Source of the DNA: a virus
Taxonomy: Duplodnaviria > Caudoviricetes
IMG/VR virus record: IMGVR_UViG_3300045596_000094
Coordinates: 96,001-160,000 of that record
DNA length: 64,000 nt
Strand: one strand, 5' to 3'
Of the stretch, positions 56,875-64,000 are shown one piece after another (the stretch's first letter is position 1; each line of letters begins with the position of its first letter). The position numbers and the translations under genes are program-made. The notes beneath the pieces were generated by a model that saw only the letters and a program-made list of their open reading frames with translations, searched no databases and was not told the DNA's origin.

Positions 56875-59472
56875 TTATACCGTGATTCTTAAGAAACGGT
56901 TTTGGTGTGATTTCACCTTGCCGTTAAATTGTAACTTCTTCTCTTCATGATAAGCCATATGCTTACGGATATCAGAACAGATTAAGTAATAGAACTTAGG
57001 GGTTTGACCAGGGTAGTTTTTCAATACCCGTAATCGCCCTAAGACTTGCAGATTGGTTTTTTGACTTCTAAGGTTAGTTGTCATGAGAGAAGCAATCAAA
57101 TCCTCTAAGTCAAAACCAGTACCAAACGATTGCACTGTTGTAATCAATACATTCGCTTGTTTCGCTTCATCGTAGATATCCCCAGCCGAAGCTGCGTATC
57201 TTGCAAAACTAACATTTGGATATGCCTTCTCTAATACCTTCCATATAGCCGTAGCCATTTCCACTGAAGATACAAAGATACATGCCCGTTGCTTATCCTT
57301 ACGAATACTGAGGTACTCTTCCCGTAACCAGTCCACCATGATCTGAGAATAGGCTGCGAACATCTTCCTATTCTTGAGGATATAATCCTCGTAAGCATTG
57401 TGACTGTAATCGGTACTACCGCGATGTGATGTCTTTACCTGATCAGGCTTTTCAAGCGCGTACATCAATGAGTAAACATCGATGTATTTCAGATATTCCA
57501 CTTCAGGAGAACGAATCTCTTTCGGGAACATCACCGCTAAAACTCTGTCAAGGAAAGTACCATCTTCCAACGTAGCGGACAAGCTAAATGATTTACCTAC
57601 GTGTAGATAGAGCTCCTCTTTGAAATTCGCCCACAACGATAAGTGAACCTCATCCTTAATACGTGAACCAATATCAAAGAGCTCATACAGCTCATGTGGA
57701 CTACATGGGTAAACCCCATCTAATTCACCATTAAACTTTTCATACGCTTCAATGAAGTTAATTAAAGTTCTAGATGAACAGATAAACACCTTAACGTCAT
57801 CGAGTAACCCTGCTTCCACCATCTGCATGGCTTTCTTCAGGTCTTTAGAGCCCTGGATGTAAACCACTTCTTTCGAAGGATCTATATCAACAACTTTCTT
57901 CTTACCATCAAAAGCTTCTGACCAAAGGTTAAAGAATCGAGCTTCAATACTCACTAGGATCTTCCCACCAATGCGACAAGCGGCGGATAAAGCACAAAAT
58001 GTGTTGTGGGTTACAACAAAGTTCGTAGTAACATACAGGTGTTCAGGGTGATCAATAGCGATACAGGTGGTCTGATCTCTACCCACCAATTCAACCGAAC
58101 GAATATTTAACTTCAAATCTTTCGAGTATTGGTTATCATCGTTGATTCTTTCAGCTTTCCGAGGAAGACTGAAATATTGGGAAGGTTTCTGAGAACGAAC
58201 TAGAATATTCCATGACATTCTACCAGCCCTAGTTTCACCCTTATACGTAAAGTTCTTCTTCTTCGGAACCATAGTGCAGATATCACCAAGACTATGTGCC
58301 AGATAACGAAATTGGTCAGCCATTATTTGCGATGTTGTGGTAAATGCCATCTCACCACTTTTACCGACATAACCATCGGTATCCATCAAACCTTGTATAA
58401 GCGCTAAGCGAGCTTCGTACGGGGCATTCATGTAAACCTCAGGAATAACCTTCTCCCAAGCTCTACATCCATGCATACCTAATTCCTTAAGTATATTCAA
58501 TAGTGGGTTATTACCCCGTGGTAGTGTGTCTCGGTTCGCCCTAATAGCGTAAGCATTGCGAGAATCATCGCGCTGTAAGTAATACCCTAGATCCTCAAGT
58601 GGTTTTCGACACCTCTCAATAACCTCGATGTCTAACTTACAAATCGAAATACTACCGGTCGTTATTGCGCCGTCACCTAATAATACACCCACTAGGTATG
58701 GATCTAGTGGGAGATCACCGTTATGGAAACCTACGAATGGTTGCTCTATAAGAGGAACGTATACTCGTGGATTAGGCATCGAAATCAGCCGTTTCACCTC
58801 TAGAGTATCAACGACTCTCCATCTGCGATGAGGTACTGTGTTCACGTAATAGACTTTCCATAAATGTTGCGGACAACATTTAATCGTTCGACCATCGTAG
58901 AAACTAACATTATAAACATCAGTTTCTCCTTGAGGATAAACACCTATTACATTAGACACCGTTCCATCTGGACAAATGACCTTATCACCCACCTGCATGT
59001 CACCCATTCGCTTCCATCCAGTCGGGGTCAATACCAACTCTGAGTTGATACTTGCTTTCCCTTGACCGGTTTGAAGGTTTAGGATCTTCGTCACCCCTTT
59101 ATCGACCATATAGTCAATCAAGGGAATCTGATTCTCACGAGCTACGAAGCCAGGCATGAGCTTCAAATCCACCGGGGTGAATTTGTATAGCTCGGCATTC
59201 TCTTCGTCGTAGGTAAGTCCACGACTATCCATTAAAGTTTTGAACTCCGCCAGAGAGTGGATGTGGAATCTCCACTCTCTTTTGTTGTCCGTAAAAGCAG
59301 CGTATATTTTCTTCAGCGTGGGCGCTGGGGGTTTCTGCCCAAACGCCCGAGCCTTATACACACCACGGTAATCATAATCTGCCAAACGAAAGGCAAACTC
59401 TTTGATTGCTTTATACTGCCACCCATCGTGACCAGTGACAGTAAAGAAGTGAGTATAGGAGGTTATTAACAT
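56875..59472 (-). CDS. SF2 DNA helicase (UvsW-like, phiKZ gp75-like) containing an intein
   Basis: TGQGK|T Walker A split by the intein; DEVH, SAT, GTGFD and QVLGRLR motifs. Confidence 0.9.
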   Translation of the reverse strand: MLITSYTHFFTVTGHDGWQYKAIKEFAFRLADYDYRGVYKARAFGQKPPAPTLKKIYAAFTDNKREWRFHIHSLAEFKTLMDSRGLTYDEENAELYKFTPVDLKLMPGFVARENQIPLIDYMVDKGVTKILNLQTGQGKASINSELVLTPTGWKRMGDMQVGDKVICPDGTVSNVIGVYPQGETDVYNVSFYDGRTIKCCPQHLWKVYYVNTVPHRRWRVVDTLEVKRLISMPNPRVYVPLIEQPFVGFHNGDLPLDPYLVGVLLGDGAITTGSISICKLDIEVIERCRKPLEDLGYYLQRDDSRNAYAIRANRDTLPRGNNPLLNILKELGMHGCRAWEKVIPEVYMNAPYEARLALIQGLMDTDGYVGKSGEMAFTTTSQIMADQFRYLAHSLGDICTMVPKKKNFTYKGETRAGRMSWNILVRSQKPSQYFSLPRKAERINDDNQYSKDLKLNIRSVELVGRDQTTCIAIDHPEHLYVTTNFVVTHNTFCALSAACRIGGKILVSIEARFFNLWSEAFDGKKKVVDIDPSKEVVYIQGSKDLKKAMQMVEAGLLDDVKVFICSSRTLINFIEAYEKFNGELDGVYPCSPHELYELFDIGSRIKDEVHLSLWANFKEELYLHVGKSFSLSATLEDGTFLDRVLAVMFPKEIRSPEVEYLKYIDVYSLMYALEKPDQVKTSHRGSTDYSHNAYEDYILKNRKMFAAYSQIMVDWLREEYLSIRKDKQRACIFVSSVEMATAIWKVLEKAYPNVSFARYAASAGDIYDEAKQANVLITTVQSFGTGFDLEDLIASLMTTNLRSQKTNLQVLGRLRVLKNYPGQTPKFYYLICSDIRKHMAYHEEKKLQFNGKVKSHQNRFLRITV
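58003..59055 (-). mobile_element. 351 aa class 3 intein with LAGLIDADG homing endonuclease
   Basis: Begins with Ala (ASINSELVLTPTGW), ends VTHN|T; block B HLW, block F Cys, block G Thr; VGVLLGDG and QGLMDTDG motifs. Confidence 0.92.
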
Positions 59473-59500
59473 TTGACTGCCCTTTTAAATCCGATATCGC

Positions 59501-61468
59501 TTAACCCCTTAGCAATTTATTGAATGGGTGAACCATTCGATGCTTGATGATATACGTATCAATCTTCGAGAAGAATGATGAGTAATGGTTTTCATAAGCC
59601 ATTGCTAAAGCGCTGTCACGACTAGCCATAATATCATTATAAGGTACTAGCTTGCCTTTGGTCTTATCTCTTGGAATACGATAATCGTTATTCTTCGGAT
59701 CTTCAGCCATAGCAGCTACTACTAATAATTCAATGTGGGCTATATTCACATCTAAACGAGAACGAACCAAATGCCAGAGCTTATTGATTGCCTCTGCTGG
59801 GGTTTTACATGCGGACAGTGTACCTTCACCAGAAGATGTTAATACACGTTTAATTTCCTGCATGTGTGCCGGCGTACTATACTGTACCATTGGCATATCC
59901 ATGATCGGATTTTTGAAGTTCCAATCAGATAAGTCAACGATATAATTCCCATCACTATCCACTTTGTTTTTACGTGAACGCATGTAGGTTAGGAACTCAG
60001 CTGTAAAGTACGCTCTACGCGATTCAGTACTGGTACCAATTTCGTAGTGGCGAACGATCGTATCGGCACGTGTGATAATGAAACGTACCGAAGTCAGAGA
60101 AGTTAAACGCATCGGACTAAGGGTATCGATATCATCTAGGAAGAAGATCTCCTGAATCTTAGATGCCTCTTTCTCTCTGAAGATGATCTCCAACTTCCCA
60201 TTTATTCCTTTCAGACGTTGACTTAGTAAGAACTTAGAAGAATCTTTCATATTCTCTAAATAGTCTAAATCCTCACCTCTAAAGACAAATGGTTCTACAG
60301 AAGCAGAACCTACCAAGTGTTTATTAGATAGAATGTTCTGTGTCACTTTCTTCTGCATGACCGTTGCAGCGATATGTCCAATATTATCACCAGGCATTAT
60401 CGAATCAGTCAATAACCCGTAGCAGCGTTCACAAACACCGTACCGATCACCCAACTTACAAAAAGCAGATGAACGCACGTTAATGAACGTACCACGTATG
60501 TTACGATCATCTACTGGGATGAGTTTTTCAGTATCATCATTCGGATCCAAATACCACTTACCACTAAGGTCTGTTGGTTTCTTACCCTCAGGGACATAGA
60601 GCGGCAAATACTCCTTAGACCCACAATCCATTCCCACGTGTACACGCCAGATTACTTCACATTCCAATTGGAGTTGTCGAGTTAAGTACTCCGAATCCTG
60701 CATTGCTTTGGATTGATAGAAGATCGACATAGCAGCTGTACGAGATTCCATTAATAAATCTTCCGGCTGCGTCAGACGAGATACGAAGCTGTCCAATACT
60801 GGATGGCGGAACATGTGGGAATCCACATCAGTGATGAAACCGTTTGGCCCGATACACTTATTAAACTGAGCAGGTTTAATCGATCTAGAACGATGAGCAA
60901 CTACCAAAGGAGAATCCTCAATACTCTCCTTATTTTCCATGGTGGTGTTAATTACCTTATAGACACGACTGATATCGGCAGGGATAACCCGTTCCTTAGA
61001 ATGGATGTCCACCAAAGCTTTATGAATATCTTCATCGTGCATGATATCAATATAGTCCATGATATTAATGGACATGACCATTTCTGGCAAATCGCGATAG
61101 AACTCAAACAACTGATCTGCAATCGTGTACATTCGATGAGTGATCACCGTTGTATCGAACGCTAGACCTTTCGCTTTGCACAATGTAAAACAGTCCCAGA
61201 AGATCGAGTTCATGATCTTGTCAGGTGTACTCGGAACAAATTCATCCTGGTCGGACAAATGATGTTCCATTTTGATAACAGATATAGGGAACTGCGCATA
61301 GAGTTCCCAGAGAAAACGGGTATAGATCATTTCACGTGTGGTGGAATATATTTCCCCATCATCGCAAACCACCCAGAACCCATCCACATCTGGTAACCCT
61401 ACTGTGAATTCTTCCAGCGGGATCTGGATTAAATCCCGCGCATTATACTTACCGTCTAGTACAAACAT
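59501..61468 (-). CDS. Non-virion RNA polymerase beta' subunit, C-terminal part (phiKZ gp74-like)
   Basis: Bridge-helix SEYLTRQLQ, DCGS, GVCERCYG Zn site, NIGHIAA...TQNILSNKH. Confidence 0.9.
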   Translation of the reverse strand: MFVLDGKYNARDLIQIPLEEFTVGLPDVDGFWVVCDDGEIYSTTREMIYTRFLWELYAQFPISVIKMEHHLSDQDEFVPSTPDKIMNSIFWDCFTLCKAKGLAFDTTVITHRMYTIADQLFEFYRDLPEMVMSINIMDYIDIMHDEDIHKALVDIHSKERVIPADISRVYKVINTTMENKESIEDSPLVVAHRSRSIKPAQFNKCIGPNGFITDVDSHMFRHPVLDSFVSRLTQPEDLLMESRTAAMSIFYQSKAMQDSEYLTRQLQLECEVIWRVHVGMDCGSKEYLPLYVPEGKKPTDLSGKWYLDPNDDTEKLIPVDDRNIRGTFINVRSSAFCKLGDRYGVCERCYGLLTDSIMPGDNIGHIAATVMQKKVTQNILSNKHLVGSASVEPFVFRGEDLDYLENMKDSSKFLLSQRLKGINGKLEIIFREKEASKIQEIFFLDDIDTLSPMRLTSLTSVRFIITRADTIVRHYEIGTSTESRRAYFTAEFLTYMRSRKNKVDSDGNYIVDLSDWNFKNPIMDMPMVQYSTPAHMQEIKRVLTSSGEGTLSACKTPAEAINKLWHLVRSRLDVNIAHIELLVVAAMAEDPKNNDYRIPRDKTKGKLVPYNDIMASRDSALAMAYENHYSSFFSKIDTYIIKHRMVHPFNKLLRG

Positions 61469-61469
61469 T

Positions 61470-63497
61470 TTAATCCTCTACTGGTCGTTGAACGAATTCA
61501 AAACCAGATGCCATTAGATGGTTTGCCATGTGTTGCGTTACGCGGTTATTACCACGTGGAATAACCTTACGATCCAGAATGTTCTGAATGTTTGTAGGTT
61601 GTGGGGCTTTCAATAACATGTTGACGACATGCTTGTGGGTTGGTGGTGAGTTAGACATATCCAACATATCTACCGGTGCATCTGGGTCAACCAAAGAGGC
61701 TACAATACGATCCTCTGTTTCACCCAACGCACGAATCGCTTGTGGACGTCCAGGTGAAGCGTGCTTATCACCACGTGTAAGTTTACCCGGAATGCCTTGA
61801 GCCTGCATTACAGGGGAGCTTACAGCTGAGTAGTCATCACCGATCTTTTCTAAGAAGATAAAATACTGTTCACCAATCAATACCGGTTGTTCAGTAGAAC
61901 AATGTTTTCCATTAGAAGAGATGTATGTAACAGTATCGAAACAAGGTGGATAATGTTCACGTAGTTTTTCCATGGCTCTAGGATAATAAACTTCATTATC
62001 CGTAGGTAACCAGAGATAAATCCCATCACGAACCACTTCGTTCATATGCCGATCAATGTTCACTTTCTGAACCATATCGTACATTCGCGGAGACATGAGC
62101 TTATAGAACCCCATGAGTCGAGCTGTAGCCTGGGTCATGTTCCCACTACCCGCCAACTCACGAATCTCTTTGGTTAAGCGCATCATCACCGCTGTAATGT
62201 ATTGTTCATACATTCGACTCGGGTTTAATCGGTTAACAATAGAACCCGCATCCATGATTACATCAGCACGATTACCATCTTTATCGATAGGCATTTTTTC
62301 ATCAGGCCAGACATTTACAATAACCGCCTTACCGCCGCTATCGTCTGCCATTTTGTAAGATACTGTCGGAAGTAGATCGTAACGTACAGTGACAGTTACA
62401 GTCCATTCATTTAAAGGATTACCATTTACCACAAGACCTAAGTTACCACCCCCACGGGAACCATCATACGTACGCGAATACGCAGTTACCATGAGTTCTT
62501 GAAAAGGACCAGTGATCGGAGGATTCTTATTTCCTAATTCCGAACAGATCTTGTTGTACTCAGTAATGATGTCACGGTAGTACTCTTTGGACATTTCCCA
62601 GTAGCGGTGGCATTGTGCATCAGTACCCGTAGGTAGTGTTGGTTTTACAGAATGATTTCGTACGATGTCAATATCGATAACTTGAGCATTACGCTCAACA
62701 TACGTTCTACGATCAGTCTCTTCTTCCACACGTAAACCCCAACGAGAGAGTTGTACTGGGGCTAGACTTTCATCTATTTCACGAGTACCGAAGATTAAAC
62801 CAGAAGGTTTAACAAAATCCCCAACATCAGGAAATAGCTTATATTCGTTTTCATCGCCAAATAAATTTAACCCTACGGTATTTTCCCCGATGGACAATAC
62901 ATGAGTACCATATCCTTTAAATTCTGCCTTCTTAGCAAAACTCTCAGAGATAACGGCACCATCCTGAATGACTTCAGGGATACTCATGAAGGCAACTTTA
63001 CCGTTTAACCCATAACGGTAGTTACCTGCGTCGTCTATACTTGGGGATCTGGCTAATACTGTACCGCCTGCGATATGTTGTCCTGCTTGCATACCGCGAA
63101 GTTTCTGTGTTCGGTGAAAATCGAATCCTAATTTTTGATGATTTAAAGAATTTACTGGAATATAGATTGATCCAAATACCCCATCAATATCGCGATAGAT
63201 AACTAAGGTACCTGTAACAACACCATTACCCCCAATTAACCCTTTGGGTGTGCGCTTATGAATCACCTTACGGATGACAGCATCCTTAGGCATTTTGATC
63301 ATTGAGGTATAGCGCCCGAATTCACGTTCCATTCCAGTCTGGATACGTCGAATTTCAGCACCTTTCAAAGGCGGTGCTTGACCAATTTCTGAAGCAAACA
63401 TATCCCCACGTGAAGCAGAGATACTACCTACAAAAGGCTGTAACGCATGTACCTGAAGGAACTCAGGTCTAAGGGTATTATGTGTAGATTCAAACAT
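61470..63497 (-). CDS. Non-virion RNA polymerase beta subunit, C-terminal part (phiKZ gp71-73-like), uninterrupted
   Basis: QTGMERE, QDGAVISES, KMADDSGGKAVI, NRLNPS and RALGETE, matching RpoB conserved segments. Confidence 0.92.
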   Translation of the reverse strand: MFESTHNTLRPEFLQVHALQPFVGSISASRGDMFASEIGQAPPLKGAEIRRIQTGMEREFGRYTSMIKMPKDAVIRKVIHKRTPKGLIGGNGVVTGTLVIYRDIDGVFGSIYIPVNSLNHQKLGFDFHRTQKLRGMQAGQHIAGGTVLARSPSIDDAGNYRYGLNGKVAFMSIPEVIQDGAVISESFAKKAEFKGYGTHVLSIGENTVGLNLFGDENEYKLFPDVGDFVKPSGLIFGTREIDESLAPVQLSRWGLRVEEETDRRTYVERNAQVIDIDIVRNHSVKPTLPTGTDAQCHRYWEMSKEYYRDIITEYNKICSELGNKNPPITGPFQELMVTAYSRTYDGSRGGGNLGLVVNGNPLNEWTVTVTVRYDLLPTVSYKMADDSGGKAVIVNVWPDEKMPIDKDGNRADVIMDAGSIVNRLNPSRMYEQYITAVMMRLTKEIRELAGSGNMTQATARLMGFYKLMSPRMYDMVQKVNIDRHMNEVVRDGIYLWLPTDNEVYYPRAMEKLREHYPPCFDTVTYISSNGKHCSTEQPVLIGEQYFIFLEKIGDDYSAVSSPVMQAQGIPGKLTRGDKHASPGRPQAIRALGETEDRIVASLVDPDAPVDMLDMSNSPPTHKHVVNMLLKAPQPTNIQNILDRKVIPRGNNRVTQHMANHLMASGFEFVQRPVED

Positions 63498-63525
63498 GAA
63501 TAAAAGTTTCCTTTATATACCACGG

Positions 63526-63561
63526 TTCATGTTAATATTGTGTATTTAAATCAGGATTAAA
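63526..63561 (-). promoter_or_regulatory. Putative early promoter of the nvRNAP operon (degenerate copy)
   Basis: Minus strand TTTAATCCTGATTTAAATACACAATATTAACATGAA. Confidence 0.55.
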
Positions 63562-63565
63562 TAAA

Positions 63566-63922
63566 ATGGCACGCGGTCAAAGATTGTCTGAACGAATCCC
63601 TTCAGAAGGTCCTGAGGTTTTTTATCGGGACGATTTTAAAACAATGCTAGAACACCATATTCCGCTTTTAGCAACACATGTTAATGCAGTAGTTAGACCG
63701 ATCGAGCCAGCTACCGCAGTTCAGTTTGCAAGTGATTTTTATGGGGTTCTAATATATTTAGGCATACCGACACAATACCATTGGACTATTCTTCGAGTGA
63801 ATGGTTTGACTTCCCCTTATAGTTACAAAGAAGAAATGACGCAGATCGTTGTTCCACCTCTAGATGAGATAGATCAGCTCCAGCAAATCTGGTCTTCTAA
63901 CAACCAACTCTCAATGGGATAA
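63566..63922 (+). CDS. Small LysM-like/T4 gp53-like baseplate protein
   Basis: YHWTILRVNGLTSP...IVVP pattern typical of gp53/GpX-like proteins. Confidence 0.55.
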   Translation: MARGQRLSERIPSEGPEVFYRDDFKTMLEHHIPLLATHVNAVVRPIEPATAVQFASDFYGVLIYLGIPTQYHWTILRVNGLTSPYSYKEEMTQIVVPPLDEIDQLQQIWSSNNQLSMG

Positions 63923-63923
63923 A

Positions 63924-63957
63924 AAATAAAGACACGCCGTTGGGTGTGTCTTTATTT
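63924..63957. terminator. Bidirectional hairpin terminator
   Basis: AAATAAAGACAC/GTGTCTTTATTT followed by TATGCC. Confidence 0.75.
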
Positions 63958-64000
63958 ATGCCACCTATCGAAATAAGTGGCATGTATTACTTAGCGTGTA

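Noticed and set aside
784-62358. Many short antisense or nested ORFs in the track (e.g. 784-1308, 3162-3497, 10928-11272, 12020-12442, 19818-20111, 42143-42547, 60803-61165)
   Set aside because: Shadows of long conserved genes; no RBS or motifs, and explained by codon bias
61470-63497. Group I intron or homing nuclease in the nvRNAP beta gene, as in phiKZ gp71-73
   Set aside because: The ORF is continuous (675 aa) with no insertion

Overview
The window is a 64 kb slice of a phiKZ-like (Chimalliviridae, nucleus-forming) jumbo phage genome. By recalled synteny it runs antiparallel to roughly phiKZ gp129 to gp70. It carries the portal C-terminus, three non-virion RNAP subunits (gp123-, gp74- and gp71-73-like), a virion RNAP beta' subunit (gp80-like), the major capsid protein, DnaB, thymidylate kinase, neck, baseplate and inner-head proteins with S-x-E prohead-protease sites, half of the split family-B DNA polymerase, and an SF2 helicase carrying an Ala-start (class 3) LAGLIDADG intein. 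Four accessory islands of small genes each sit behind a conserved ~40 bp early-promoter motif. Transcription units are punctuated by two hairpin families: perfect CTAG-centred palindromes and minus-strand UUCG hairpins. The best leads are: (1) a T-TTT-TTC slippery site with an open -1 frame that would fuse the gp77-like gene to the next gene, like a tail-assembly-chaperone G/GT frameshift; (2) a ~560 bp hairpin-dense non-coding element at 25.05-25.6 kb (candidate origin or structured RNA); (3) an early array of small membrane-peptide cassettes, one switched off by an A7 frameshift; (4) a head protein with a possibly protease-released tandem winged-helix tail; (5) an orphan ATP-grasp ligase among virion genes. 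phiKZ gp numbers come from recalled synteny and motifs, not from database searches.
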